From NCBI GenBank assembly GCA_965207735.1, contig OZ242296.1, forward strand, positions 768,001 through 832,000: 64,000 nt of DNA, in the 5' to 3' direction. The position numbers were made by a program, and so were the translations under genes. How positions within the stretch are numbered: position 1 is the first letter of the stretch; each line of letters opens with the position of its first letter. The stretch comes from Candidatus Versatilivorator sp. (GTDB taxonomy: Bacteria > Acidobacteriota > Terriglobia > Versatilivoradales > Versatilivoraceae). The notes below the pieces were generated by a model that worked only from the letters and a program-made list of their open reading frames with translations, did no database searches and had not been told where the DNA came from. This document shows positions 1-10,258 of this stretch, one piece after another.

Positions 1-140
1 GTCAGCTGTTGCTCCTTTCCCTGCAACCCAAGGAGAGCAGGAAAGTGGAGCTTGAAGGAGACCCCCAGGTAATCCAGGCACTGGCATCCCTGCCCCGGGC
101 CAGATTGCTTCTCGCCCGGGACAGATCGGGTGAGGATTAG
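1..140 (+). CDS. 3' end of a CDS entering from the left edge (hypothetical)
   Basis: Open frame QLLLLSLQPKESRKVELEGD...RDRSGED ends in TAG at 138-140, convergent with the next gene. Confidence 0.5.
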   Translation, partial: QLLLLSLQPKESRKVELEGDPQVIQALASLPRARLLLARDRSGED

Positions 141-148
141 CCCGCCTG

Positions 149-883
149 TCAGCGGAGCACCTTTGCGACTCGGAAGCCGTAATCGGTATATGTATAGGAG
201 GGGTCCAGGCTGCTGCGGGCCGCACAGCGACTCACCTTGATCTGGTGGCGCCAGGCCCCGCCCCGGGAGGCCCGGCGTAGCGTCTTTGTCCGGTTGACCG
301 GATTGTCTTTGGGGGATCGCTGGTAATAGTCGCGCGCATACCAGTCGAGGCACCACTCGTGAACATTGTCGCCTAGATCGTATAGCCCGAAATCGTTAGG
401 CGGCTGCAGTGCCACCGGATGAGGGCATCGATCCCGCCAACCGGTGCGATACAGCTCATACTCCGAGGGATCTTCGTCTCCCCAGGCATAGAGACGTCCT
501 TCCTTTTTCTGACGAATGGCCCATTCCCATTCAACCTCGGTGGGCAAGCGAAAAGTTTCGCCCGTCCACTCGCTCAGCCAGCGGCAATAGGCATCCGCCT
601 CCAGCCAACTGACCGAAACCACCGGCTGTCGCGGATGACTGAAGCGGGGCTCCAGGAACGATTCGGGCATCCGCCCGCCGGTTCGAGCGACAAAAAATCG
701 GTATTGCTCGTTGGTTACGGTGGTGATGCCCATGGCAAAGGCATCGACCCGGACCCGATGGACCGGTCGCTCGTCCGAACGCCCCCGGTCGCAGCCCATG
801 AGATATTCGCCGGCGGGCAATCCCGCCACGGCCGGAATGTGGCTCGTGATCGTGTCCACAATTTTCAAACGGCTCGAATACAA
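149..883 (-). CDS. FGE-sulfatase (SUMF1/EgtB/PvdO-like) domain protein
   Basis: Motifs YLMG...ERPVH, PVVSVSW..A.AYC.W, RLPTEVEWE, N.FGLYDLGDNVHEWC.D, RGGAW, GFR; start uncertain. Confidence 0.85.
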   Translation of the reverse strand: MYSSRLKIVDTITSHIPAVAGLPAGEYLMGCDRGRSDERPVHRVRVDAFAMGITTVTNEQYRFFVARTGGRMPESFLEPRFSHPRQPVVSVSWLEADAYCRWLSEWTGETFRLPTEVEWEWAIRQKKEGRLYAWGDEDPSEYELYRTGWRDRCPHPVALQPPNDFGLYDLGDNVHEWCLDWYARDYYQRSPKDNPVNRTKTLRRASRGGAWRHQIKVSRCAARSSLDPSYTYTDYGFRVAKVLR

Positions 884-898
884 GCTGTTCCTGTTGGT

Positions 899-945
899 TT
901 TTCTTCGTGTTCCGTCGTCGTTCTTCGTGGCCCTTCGTGGATATC
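899..945. repeat. Short TTCGTG/TTCGTC-rich intergenic repeat (REP-like), related to copies near 17056 and 41300
   Basis: ttcttcgtgttccgtcgtcgttcttcgtggcccttcgtggata shares gtggcccttcgt...ttcgtggat with the other two sites. Confidence 0.6.
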
Positions 946-981
946 GTTTTTGCCTGCTTGTCGATCTGGGGCCGGGTCCGG

Positions 982-3309
982 CTAGGAAGCGGATTCCTGG
1001 GTGCGCTCGAACTCGAAACCGGGATAGGTAATGCGGGCGTGGTAAATGCTGGAGAGAGTCTCGAGGAAGCTGAAGGCGATGCGGTCGATTTCAGCCAGGG
1101 TGATGTCGCACTCCGACAACTGCCCGTCTTCGGTGGTGGTGGCCACGATCTTCTGAATCAATTCCAGCAACTTCTCCTGGGAGTGGTCACTCAGGGTTCT
1201 GGCAGCTGCCTCCACGGCGTCGGCCAGCATGATGATGGCGGCCATCTTGCTTTGCGGCTTGGGCCCCGGATAGCGGAAGCGGGCTTCGTTGACTTCATCG
1301 GGTGCAGCCGCGCTGGCCTTGGCCTTCTCGTAAAAATAGGTCAACAGCTTGGTGCCGTGGTGCTGGGGAATGATGTCGATCATCGAGGAGGGAAGGTTGG
1401 CAGCCCGGGCCATTCGGATTCCCTTGGTCACGTGTCCGACCACTAATTTCACGCTTTCCTCGGGGCTGATGCGATCGTGGATGTTATCGCCCCGCTGGTT
1501 CTCCACGTAGTATTGGGGACGAATCGATTTGCCGACATCGTGATAGAAGCAAGCTACCCGGGCAAATACCGGGTTCAGCCCGATCGCTTCTGCGGCTGCT
1601 TCAGAGAGAGTACCGACAGCAACGCTGTGGTTGTAAGTTCCGGGGGCTTTCAGGATCAGCTCACGTATCAGAGGTAGATTGACGTTGCCAAGCTCCTGCA
1701 ACCTCATCACGGTGGTAACCATGAAAAGCCGTTCGAACAGAGGCAACAAAAAGACCAGCAGCCCGGTGGTGATCGGACCGGACAGCAGCGCCAGCGTAGC
1801 CCCCAGAAGGCCGACCCCCAAGTCGAACGGGGCCAGCTTGGCGTACTGAAGCACCACGAAGAGGCCAATGGCAGCCGATCCGAGCTTGAATCCCGCCCCT
1901 ACAAAGCCGACTCTCTGTACGGCGCTGCGAATGGTGAGTATTCCGATCAGGTGGCACATCAGCACGTAGAAGAAACCATAGATGTCGCTGCTCAGGGCCA
2001 GTACGGCAACAAGGCTAGACAACAGGGAATAAATCAGGGCAGCACGGTCATCCACCAGAATGGTTACCAGCATTGCCCCCAGGGCAAAAGGCAAGGCGAA
2101 GAAGAAGTAAACCTCGTCGTTGTCGGGAAATCCCGCAAAGTTCTGGCTGAGGGCTTCGCTGAGAGCCTCGCCGACAAAGCTGAAGACCTTGAGGACAATG
2201 ATCTGGACGACCAGAACAGTGCTGGCCAGCACCGCCAATCTCATAAAATTCCAGTGGGTCGGCCAGAGATTTCTCAACAAATAGCCGAACACTGCCAGAA
2301 GCGATCCGATGAGAAACGCCAAGCTGACCGTTTGCGCCAGCGACGAGGTCTTCCGGGGAAGGTTTCGGATGGCTTCGATCTGTCTTAGTTGTGCCGGACT
2401 GATTTCGTCCCCTTGGCGAACGATCACCTTGCCCTTTTTGAGGATGACGAAGACCGGGTCCACATCGGCCACCGCTTTCCGTTGCGCCGCTTTTGTGGCC
2501 TGCAGGTCAAAGGAAAGGTTGGGTTGCAGCAAGCCCCTGACCAGCCTGGATACCGGTTGCAACGGGAGTCCGTGGTATCGCAGCAGCTGCGGCAACCAGG
2601 TATTGACCTCTTGCCGGATGCCGTCAAGAGTCTTGACCCGGTCCACCGGGATTGTGGTTCTCTCTTCCGAATCGGTGCTGGAAAGGATGTGGATCCGCCT
2701 CTTCTCACGAATCAAATCCCTCGCGCTCTCAATCACCGGCGAACCATTGGCCTTGCGCAGCGTTTGTTCGAGCGCCTGCTGCAATGGCTGGCTGAATCCA
2801 TTGCTTGCCAGGAATCGGGCGGCGGGTTCCAGCTCCGGCTCCGGCAGCAGTTGCGCCAACTCGGATCTGAAGTTCGCCTGGACTTGCGGAGGGAGTTGGT
2901 TAAGACTCCGGGCTGAACTGGCGGAACGGGTTGGGTTTAGGGGTTTCAGGTGGCTTCTCAACCTGGAAAACAGCCGGCAGATGCGCTCGATTCGTGCCTC
3001 GGCCCGATCGTCGGCATGGCGATATACCGGAAGCGCGGCCTTTTGGGCTTCCTGCTGTCGGATCCTGGTGGCTTCTTCGTCCTGCATCGGGACGTCCGCC
3101 GGGACCAGGATATCGGAGGTGGCAATGTCTCCCACCCCATAGTCCGGCAGGGTGAAAATCTTGTAGGTGGAGGAAAAGAAGGTGAGCACCACCGTCAGCA
3201 ATATCAGGAGCAGGATCAGACCCGGAATGGAGCCGGGACTCACCTGGTCCGACCTCGTCCCCAGGGGATCGTTGGAGCTTCCCTTCGTCCTCAGACTGAT
3301 GACCCTCAT
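982..3309 (-). CDS. 7TM-HD/HDIG membrane phosphohydrolase (PgpH-like cyclic-di-AMP phosphodiesterase family)
   Basis: N-terminal TM, large extracellular domain, about 7 TM helices, then APGTYNHS, YHDVGK, YYVENQ, HHGT, RYPGPKPQS, MLADAVEAA. Confidence 0.9.
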   Translation of the reverse strand: MRVISLRTKGSSNDPLGTRSDQVSPGSIPGLILLLILLTVVLTFFSSTYKIFTLPDYGVGDIATSDILVPADVPMQDEEATRIRQQEAQKAALPVYRHADDRAEARIERICRLFSRLRSHLKPLNPTRSASSARSLNQLPPQVQANFRSELAQLLPEPELEPAARFLASNGFSQPLQQALEQTLRKANGSPVIESARDLIREKRRIHILSSTDSEERTTIPVDRVKTLDGIRQEVNTWLPQLLRYHGLPLQPVSRLVRGLLQPNLSFDLQATKAAQRKAVADVDPVFVILKKGKVIVRQGDEISPAQLRQIEAIRNLPRKTSSLAQTVSLAFLIGSLLAVFGYLLRNLWPTHWNFMRLAVLASTVLVVQIIVLKVFSFVGEALSEALSQNFAGFPDNDEVYFFFALPFALGAMLVTILVDDRAALIYSLLSSLVAVLALSSDIYGFFYVLMCHLIGILTIRSAVQRVGFVGAGFKLGSAAIGLFVVLQYAKLAPFDLGVGLLGATLALLSGPITTGLLVFLLPLFERLFMVTTVMRLQELGNVNLPLIRELILKAPGTYNHSVAVGTLSEAAAEAIGLNPVFARVACFYHDVGKSIRPQYYVENQRGDNIHDRISPEESVKLVVGHVTKGIRMARAANLPSSMIDIIPQHHGTKLLTYFYEKAKASAAAPDEVNEARFRYPGPKPQSKMAAIIMLADAVEAAARTLSDHSQEKLLELIQKIVATTTEDGQLSECDITLAEIDRIAFSFLETLSSIYHARITYPGFEFERTQESAS

Positions 3310-3749
3310 GGAACCCCTTTAGCCGGCTGGGCCTGTCGGCCCAGCCATCAGCGATGTTCTTCGGGACTCTTGCTCTTCCAGAGACTCGAGCTAAGCGACG
3401 ATGTCCGGAAGCTCGGGCATGGGGTTCCGATGGTCGTGTCCTGGCAATGAATGAACATTGGCTCGTCGTCACTGCTTGAAGCCGGCGCGGTTGCGCTCCG
3501 TAAGATGGCAGCCCATTTCCGAGACAGAACACTAGCACCGACGTCCATGACGGTCAAGTTGCGTCCTGTTAACGTGTTGCATCGTGAGCAATCTCTGGGT
3601 CGGGTCTGGCGTCCGGGCGAAGGCGCGGCAATCCAAGATAGTGGATTCCCCTGATCCGATCTTGAATACCCGGCGCCTGACGCGCTATTCTTGGTGACAG
3701 TCCAAATGGAAGAACGTTTGCCGGGCACAAAACCAAAGGAGCCGATACT

Positions 3750-4310
3750 ATGGTCTTGACACCTTCAACCATGCTAGCACTGGGGGCGTCCGCACCCGAT
3801 TTTCACCTGCCGGATGTCGTGTCCGGAGACACGGTCACGCTTGGCAGCTTTGCGGACAAGGAAGCGCTCCTGTTAATGTTCATCTGCCGGCACTGTCCTT
3901 TTGTGGTTCATGTCCAGGAGGAGTTGGCGCGTTTGGGCAACGACTACAAGGCCAAGAGCGTGGGCATTGTGGCCATCAGCTCCAATGACGCCGAGAATTA
4001 TCCGGACGATGCGCCTTCCAACCTCAAGGCCATGGCCGAGGAGCTTGGCTTCACCTTCCCCTACTGCTATGACGAGAGTCAGGAGGTAGCCCGGTCCTTT
4101 CATGCGGCCTGCACCCCCGACTTTTTTCTCTTTGACGGCCGGCGGGAACTGGTCTACCGGGGTCAGTTGGATGGAAGTCGGCCCGGGAACAATGAACCGG
4201 TCACGGGAAGGGATCTGAGGGGAGCCATGGATGCGGTGCTATCGGGGAGCCCGGTCTCGACCGACCAGACACCCAGCATCGGCTGCAACATCAAGTGGAA
4301 ACCCAATTGA
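3750..4310 (+). CDS. Thioredoxin-like / AhpC-TSA family redoxin
   Basis: FICRHCPFV, AACTPDFF, PSIGCNIKW; RBS AAGGAG upstream. Confidence 0.9.
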   Translation: MVLTPSTMLALGASAPDFHLPDVVSGDTVTLGSFADKEALLLMFICRHCPFVVHVQEELARLGNDYKAKSVGIVAISSNDAENYPDDAPSNLKAMAEELGFTFPYCYDESQEVARSFHAACTPDFFLFDGRRELVYRGQLDGSRPGNNEPVTGRDLRGAMDAVLSGSPVSTDQTPSIGCNIKWKPN

Positions 4311-4320
4311 GCGGGTCTTT

Positions 4321-5751
4321 TCAGGGCCTCTCGATGGCGTAGACGTGAGAACGGGTCATGATGTAGAGGGTGTCGTTGGCAACGACCGGAGTGCTGTAGA
4401 CGGTGTTGCCGAAGTTGAATTCGTCGATGAGTCTTTTCTGGCGACTAGCCTCCAGAATGGTGAGGTCACCGTCCTCGTCTCCCAGCAAGACCTTGCCGTC
4501 GACCACGAAGGGGGAGCCCCAGACGGCGGCCAGCATGTCGTGTTCCCAAAGCAACTTTCCTGTCTTTACATCCAGAGCGTGAAAGAATCCACTGAAATTG
4601 GCGGCGTAGAGCACCCCGTCACGGATAGCCACGGTCGAGATACTGCGACGGAAGTCGTGTTGCCAAACAGCCCCAGTCTCGGTGATATCCCCTGACTGAG
4701 TAGCGTCGATGGCCCATAGGTGTCCCACGCCTTCGCCGTGCTCCGGATCCTGTCCCACTGCGATGAAAACCCGGTCGTTGTAGACAACAGGTGTCCCAAT
4801 CAGATTGTTGCGGTCCCCCCTGCCGTTCTTCCACTCGGATCCCTTCGGATTGCAGTCGAACCTCCAGAATTCCTTCCCGGTATGGGCTTCAAAGGCATAG
4901 AGCCAACCATCGCCGCCCGCAAAGATGACCTGGGGCCTGCCGGCGATCTCTCCGTAGCCTGGAGAGGACCACTGGCCATGGAGAACCGCATCCCCGGGGG
5001 CCGAGTTCTCCCAGGCCAACTTGCCGCTGTGGCGGTTCAGAGCCAGGAAACTGGGGGCTCGAGGCACCGGGATGTTGATGTGGCTCTCATCGGTTCCATT
5101 GGAGGTGTTGAGGAAAATCAGGTCCCCGACCATCAGAGGTGAGCTGGTAGCCAGGTTGTGCGGGAAGACCCCCAGTTCTTCAATCATGTCGAAGGTCCAT
5201 ATCACGTCCCCGTCGATCGGGGAGGTGTGCTTTTCGTCCTTGACGGGTCCGTCGTTTTCCCCGTCGAGGAACCCTTCGGTGTCCAGGCTCACGACTTCCG
5301 CCCGGTTGGAAACATAGTAAAGTCGATCTCCAGCCACCGCCGGCGAGGAACAAATGCCCTGCTCAGGCCAGTCGTTGACTCGGCCGGCGGCCAACTTTTC
5401 GTGGGTCATCTGCCAGAGGAATTTCCCGTCCGTCTCGCGGAAGCACATGATGACGCCTCGGTCTCCGGTCTGATTGGGGTTGCGCAGCCTCTGGTTGTTG
5501 GTGCCCACAAAGACCTTACCACCCAAAATGGTGGGGTTTCCATAGGACTGCGAACCGATCTCGGCGACCCACTTGATGTTTTTTCCGGTCTTCAGGTCCC
5601 AGTGGGCCGGAATTCCAGTGGCGTCCGACACCATGTTCCTGTCGGGTCTGCCCCCCCACATGGGCCAGTCCCCTGCCAGACCGGAAATTTTGCTTCCGAC
5701 CGCCAGCAAAAGGACCACTGCTGCAATGACTTTCAGCTTTGACAATGACAT
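4321..5751 (-). CDS. Secreted PQQ-binding-like beta-propeller protein
   Basis: Signal peptide, DWPMWGG, repeated tryptophan-docking motifs (GK.LW, SSP.V). Confidence 0.85.
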   Translation of the reverse strand: MSLSKLKVIAAVVLLLAVGSKISGLAGDWPMWGGRPDRNMVSDATGIPAHWDLKTGKNIKWVAEIGSQSYGNPTILGGKVFVGTNNQRLRNPNQTGDRGVIMCFRETDGKFLWQMTHEKLAAGRVNDWPEQGICSSPAVAGDRLYYVSNRAEVVSLDTEGFLDGENDGPVKDEKHTSPIDGDVIWTFDMIEELGVFPHNLATSSPLMVGDLIFLNTSNGTDESHINIPVPRAPSFLALNRHSGKLAWENSAPGDAVLHGQWSSPGYGEIAGRPQVIFAGGDGWLYAFEAHTGKEFWRFDCNPKGSEWKNGRGDRNNLIGTPVVYNDRVFIAVGQDPEHGEGVGHLWAIDATQSGDITETGAVWQHDFRRSISTVAIRDGVLYAANFSGFFHALDVKTGKLLWEHDMLAAVWGSPFVVDGKVLLGDEDGDLTILEASRQKRLIDEFNFGNTVYSTPVVANDTLYIMTRSHVYAIERP

Positions 5752-5790
5752 GCGTTCCCTCTCAAACCCTCGGCCCCGGCCGGTCCATGC

Positions 5791-8019
5791 TCAATGGTCG
5801 GCTGGAGCGACCGAGACGTTATCGTAGTAAATTTCGGCTGCGGAATAGCCGTAGATTCCGGGACTGCCCTGACGGTGGACGATCGGATCCCGGACCTCGA
5901 TGGTCCACCCTTCCGGCTCGGGCTCATCGCGTTTCCAGACCTTTCCCCGGATCGTTCCCTCGGTTCCCTCCGGAGGGATCTCGACACGAAGCTTCATCCG
6001 GTACCACACCTCGGGGTCCACGCGGTAGTCGATGGTCTTGGAGAAGTGCCCCAGTTCCGACAACCAGCTTCGGATCTGCAGCTTCTGGCGATTGCCCATC
6101 AGGGCCAGGATATAACGCTGGGCGATCAGCCCCATGTCCGGGAGACGCCGGCGCTGTTCCGTGCCCATCATCTCCGCTTGAATCTCGTAACCCGATGTCT
6201 TCCAGTCTCCCAGATACACCATGGTTCGCCAGGATCGAGGGTTGGCGGACAACTTCTTCAGAACCTTGTTGCCGTCCAAGGAAGTCACCACGAATCGGCC
6301 CCGGGCGGAATTCCAGCCTGTAGCCACTGTTCCCTCTTCCAGCCGTTCGAAGTCCTCCTGGAAGGGAATGGCAGGACGGGAACTGACCCGCGCCGTTCCC
6401 TTCAGGCTGCCGACCCGGGCGACGAGCAGGCCACCCTGAGGGATATTGCCGTCACTAAGGGTGAGGCGCCCGCCCGCGGAAACCTTCCCCTGGATTCCCT
6501 CCAGGGACCAGACGGCTTCGCCCGGTTTCGTCCGTCCCCGGGCATCCACGACCCGTGCCGCGAAGGTCTTGGAGGCTCCCGGAGATAGGACGACCTCCCC
6601 AGGCTCCACCAATACACTTCGGGGCGGTCCCTGGAAGGAGTCGGATGCCTCCGGCCGGGGCTTCCCTTCGCCTGGAGCGGTCGGGTCCCGGTCCTCGAGT
6701 CCAATGCAATAAAGCATATTGCGGGTCAGTAGATAAATACGGCCGTTGGCCACGGCAGGCGAGCCGTTGATGGAAACGGCGGATCCGTCGGCATTGGCAA
6801 ATCGTTCCAGGTCCAGTTGTTCAGGGGGCTGGTGGCCGCGCAGTCCCAAGATGTGAAACTGTCCGTCAACATCCGAAACAAAAAGCTTGCCGTCGGCGAC
6901 AACGGGGGAAGCTCGCTGCATGACTCCCAGGTTGTATTTCCAGAGCTGTTTTCCGGTGTCGGCCTGAAAGGCGACCAGATTGGCGGAATTGTCCACGTGA
7001 TAGAGGATGTTGTCGGCCAGGGCGGGAGAGGCATAGCCGGCGGTAAATCCGTCCACCTGCCAGACCAGCTTGGGCTTGCCGTCAACGATCCGGCCGGCGT
7101 CCAGACACACCAGCCGGCCCATGGCCGTGCTGGCGTCGACATTTTCCTCACCGTGGGAAGCGAAAACCCGGCTTCCCTGAACCACCACCGAGGAGTTGAT
7201 TCCTCTCTTGCTGAAGGGGAAACCCCAGACCCTTTCGCCGGTTGCCAGGCTAAGTCCGTAAATCGAGCCGTCGGCGTTGCCGCCGATAAGGAGATCCTGG
7301 CCGTTGATCCGGCGCACCACCGGGACCGTGTAAGTCGTATCCTTGGGAGCCTTGCCGGGAGTCGTCAACCAGACCGTTTCTCCGGTGCGCTTGTCCAGGG
7401 CATAAAAACGGTCCCGTGGAATCGCCGTGGAGCCCCATCCGGCGTTCAGGAAATTGACGAACAGCAGGTTCCCGTGGAGGGTTGGAGTCACTGTCCGCCC
7501 CCCGTAGCCGGATATTCTCCCGACTTCCTCCTTGAGTGATCTCGACCAGACGATCTTACCGTTGCGGTCGAGGCAGTGCACCATTCCTTCGATTCCGTTG
7601 GCGTAGATATGACCGGTTGCAGGATCGGCCGCCAGGCTGGCCCAACCCACCCGGTGGTGGGGGATATCGGTCAGGAATACCTTGTAGCGAAATTCCCATT
7701 CCAGATCCCCGGTCTCAGCGTTGAAACAGGAAATCTGCTCCTGCCAGCGGGGCGGTGTGTCCGGTTCCGCCAGGGTGATGACACAGACCCTTCCGTCCAC
7801 CACAATCGGCGTCGAGCGACCGCCGATGGGGAGTTTCCATCTCAGGTTTTCCCCCTCCGGCGACCAGGTCGTGGGGAGCCCGGTTTCCGCCGAAACACCG
7901 TCGGCGTCAGGGCCGCGCCACATGGGCCAGTCGGCGGCTCCGGCCGAAACCGACAGCCACCCCGCGCTCCAGACGGAGAAAGCAAGCCATGCCTTCAGGA
8001 ACTGTTTAGCTGTCCGCAT
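5791..8019 (-). CDS. Secreted PQQ-like beta-propeller protein with extra C-terminal Ig-like and beta-sandwich domains
   Basis: Signal peptide, DWPMWRGP, TG...W repeats over about 440 aa, then about 300 aa of extra domains. Confidence 0.8.
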   Translation of the reverse strand: MRTAKQFLKAWLAFSVWSAGWLSVSAGAADWPMWRGPDADGVSAETGLPTTWSPEGENLRWKLPIGGRSTPIVVDGRVCVITLAEPDTPPRWQEQISCFNAETGDLEWEFRYKVFLTDIPHHRVGWASLAADPATGHIYANGIEGMVHCLDRNGKIVWSRSLKEEVGRISGYGGRTVTPTLHGNLLFVNFLNAGWGSTAIPRDRFYALDKRTGETVWLTTPGKAPKDTTYTVPVVRRINGQDLLIGGNADGSIYGLSLATGERVWGFPFSKRGINSSVVVQGSRVFASHGEENVDASTAMGRLVCLDAGRIVDGKPKLVWQVDGFTAGYASPALADNILYHVDNSANLVAFQADTGKQLWKYNLGVMQRASPVVADGKLFVSDVDGQFHILGLRGHQPPEQLDLERFANADGSAVSINGSPAVANGRIYLLTRNMLYCIGLEDRDPTAPGEGKPRPEASDSFQGPPRSVLVEPGEVVLSPGASKTFAARVVDARGRTKPGEAVWSLEGIQGKVSAGGRLTLSDGNIPQGGLLVARVGSLKGTARVSSRPAIPFQEDFERLEEGTVATGWNSARGRFVVTSLDGNKVLKKLSANPRSWRTMVYLGDWKTSGYEIQAEMMGTEQRRRLPDMGLIAQRYILALMGNRQKLQIRSWLSELGHFSKTIDYRVDPEVWYRMKLRVEIPPEGTEGTIRGKVWKRDEPEPEGWTIEVRDPIVHRQGSPGIYGYSAAEIYYDNVSVAPADH

Positions 8020-8133
8020 CAAATGGAATCCCCCTGGATCCGGTTACCTCGACGGTTGGACCTCCGGTCCTGCGAGGTCACCGATACTGGTTTTTCATTA
8101 TCAGGCCCAAGGACAAAAAACAACAAGGGCCAA

Positions 8134-9831
8134 TTATGAGTCGGGCTTGCCTGGTCCGTACAAGAATTGCCCCGGCCTGGCGTCGAGGGGACGTCCGGTT
8201 TCGATCACCGGCGTCCCGTTGACGATGACGTATTCGATGCCCTCCGCAAAGCGATGGGGCTCCAGGAAAGTGGCGGGTCCGGCAACCCGCTCGGCGTCGA
8301 AAATGGTGATATCGGCCACCATGCCCACCTGCAGCAGACCCCGGTTGCGGAGCCCCGATTTGGCTGCGTTCATTCCCGTCATCTTGTGAATGGCCTCCTC
8401 CAGGTCCAGCACCCCTTCCTCCCTCACATACTTCCCCAGGACGCGGGCAAAGGCGCCATATCCATGAGGTCCGGGCACTTCCCCACCCGACGGATCGGCG
8501 CCGGCGGCACTGCCGCCGGCGCCCACGGAGACCCAAGGAGCCTGCAGGGCGGAACGCAGGTCCTCCTCGCTCATGAGCGAGTAAAGGACGGCAACCGGAC
8601 CTTCGGTTTCCTGAAACAGATCAAAGAGAGTGCCTTCAGGGCTCTGATCCAGTTCAGTCGCGATCTCCGCGATGCTCTTCCCGGCCAGGGCCTGGTACTT
8701 CCGGGAGTCGGCCTGCAACAGCACCACTCCCGGCCAGCCCCCCGCCGCCAGGAATGAATTAAACCGGCCGGGCCGTTTCCGACGAAGCTCTCTCAGGATG
8801 CGGGCGCGAAGGTCGCTTCTGGAGAGCCGCTTCAACAGCTCCTCTCGTCCGCCCTCGGTAGTCCAGGAGGGCAAAAGATCTGCCAGGTCCGCCCGGGCGT
8901 TTCGATAAGGAGACAAGCTGGCGGTCAGGGTCAGCCCCGATTCCCTGGCCTTCTCGATGGAATCGATCACCTCTTGCAACTGTCCGCGGGCACGGCGGTC
9001 GGTCACCCTCAAGCCTAGAATGTCCAGGGGAACTTGAGCCTGCTCCGCAAGCTGTATGGCTTCCTTTACGGAATTGTGGATGCCGGCGCCGGCATCGATC
9101 TCGGCGGCGTAGACACCGCCACGAACCTTTGCTTCCCGGGCCAACTCGGCAATTTGCTCGCCGCTCAGAATTCCTTCAGTAGCCGGCGGCGGCGAGGTGA
9201 AGAGCCCCAGCGCACCCTCCAGCATGGCCTGTCCGACCCTGTGCTTCATCGCGGCAACTTCGGGCTGGCTGGGTTCCCGCCGATCTTCGCCCAGGACCAG
9301 GCGCCCCACCTCTCCCGTCCGGACGTATGAGGCCACGTTGACGGTGAGTTCCCCCTGCTGTAGCCGACTGAAGGTTTGCTCCCACGGGGTCCGCCCGGCT
9401 GAGACTTCCCGGGGCCCAAGATTGCGCCCGGCGCCGGCCTGGCGGCCATGGCCCGAATTTCCCGCCACCAGGATCTCGGTGGTGATTCCCTGACGCACCT
9501 TGCCGAGGGAGTCGGGATGGAGCATTGTGTCGGGATCGGAACGGCTGTGGATGTCGATGAACCCCGGGGTTACCCACAGTCCCCGTGCGTCGATCACCCG
9601 ACGCCCCTTCTGCTCCCGGTCCTTCAACGTTCCCACGTGAACGATCTCTTCCCCGCGAATGGCGAGGTCTCCTGGAAACCACAGGGAGCCCGAGCCGTCG
9701 ATCAGCTTGCCGCCGGTGATTATCAGGTCGAATTCGTATTGGGGAGATTGCCGGCAGGCGAGCAGGCTGCAGCAAAGAGCCAGCGCCAGTGTGGCCCGCA
9801 TCAGAGAAAGCTGCGGCATCTTTAGAAACAT
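8134..9831 (-). CDS. N-acyl-D-amino-acid deacylase-like lipoprotein with degenerate active site
   Basis: Lipobox LLAC; DLIITGGKLIDGSG, PGFIDIH, HGYGAFARVLG, LEEAIHKMT, RGLLQVGMVADITIFD, VIVNG; metal ligands substituted. Confidence 0.85.
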   Translation of the reverse strand: MFLKMPQLSLMRATLALALCCSLLACRQSPQYEFDLIITGGKLIDGSGSLWFPGDLAIRGEEIVHVGTLKDREQKGRRVIDARGLWVTPGFIDIHSRSDPDTMLHPDSLGKVRQGITTEILVAGNSGHGRQAGAGRNLGPREVSAGRTPWEQTFSRLQQGELTVNVASYVRTGEVGRLVLGEDRREPSQPEVAAMKHRVGQAMLEGALGLFTSPPPATEGILSGEQIAELAREAKVRGGVYAAEIDAGAGIHNSVKEAIQLAEQAQVPLDILGLRVTDRRARGQLQEVIDSIEKARESGLTLTASLSPYRNARADLADLLPSWTTEGGREELLKRLSRSDLRARILRELRRKRPGRFNSFLAAGGWPGVVLLQADSRKYQALAGKSIAEIATELDQSPEGTLFDLFQETEGPVAVLYSLMSEEDLRSALQAPWVSVGAGGSAAGADPSGGEVPGPHGYGAFARVLGKYVREEGVLDLEEAIHKMTGMNAAKSGLRNRGLLQVGMVADITIFDAERVAGPATFLEPHRFAEGIEYVIVNGTPVIETGRPLDARPGQFLYGPGKPDS

Positions 9832-9856
9832 GGTCGCGAGGGGGGTGAGAGTTGGG

Positions 9857-10222
9857 TCAGGTCTGCTGGGAGTGCAGGAACCGTCCAGCCACCTCTTTCA
9901 TCTTTTCCAGTGTCAGTCTCCAGTGGGAATCGTGCCAGAGAACCTTGGAACCGGAAATGAGCAGCAGCTGCGGCGATTCGTGCCCCACCCCCAGTTGCTC
10001 CGTGATCTGATTGGAGAGCGGGCGCTCTTCGATCACTCGGACCAGGGCGCAGGCCCAGGGGCGATTGGCCCCGCCCTGCCGGTCGAATTCGGAGAAGGCG
10101 GAATAGACCTCTGCGCTGATGGGACACTGGCTGCTGTGCTTCAGCAAAAAGACCGCTTCCCGCTCGGAACCTGCGAGCAGTTCCTGCACATCCTCCGGTG
10201 TCTTGAGTTGAATGAGCGACAT
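9857..10222 (-). CDS. ytxJ: YtxJ/BrxC family monothiol bacilliredoxin
   Basis: LKHSSQCPIS, V.E.RPLSNQI, HESPQ, WHDSH motifs; start set at ATG 10222. Confidence 0.8.
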   Translation of the reverse strand: MSLIQLKTPEDVQELLAGSEREAVFLLKHSSQCPISAEVYSAFSEFDRQGGANRPWACALVRVIEERPLSNQITEQLGVGHESPQLLLISGSKVLWHDSHWRLTLEKMKEVAGRFLHSQQT

Positions 10223-10258
10223 GGCGCAAACACTCCCTTCAGAGGACCTGGAATGCAA

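Noticed and set aside
149-883. True formylglycine-generating enzyme serving the sulfatase
   Set aside because: Lacks the catalytic Cys pair after RGG (reads RGGAWRHQIKVSRC); only the FGE-fold domain is supported
3310-3745. Small ORFs or ncRNA in the gap between the HD protein and the redoxin
   Set aside because: No recognisable motif, RBS-supported ORF or known RNA structure; probably a divergent promoter region
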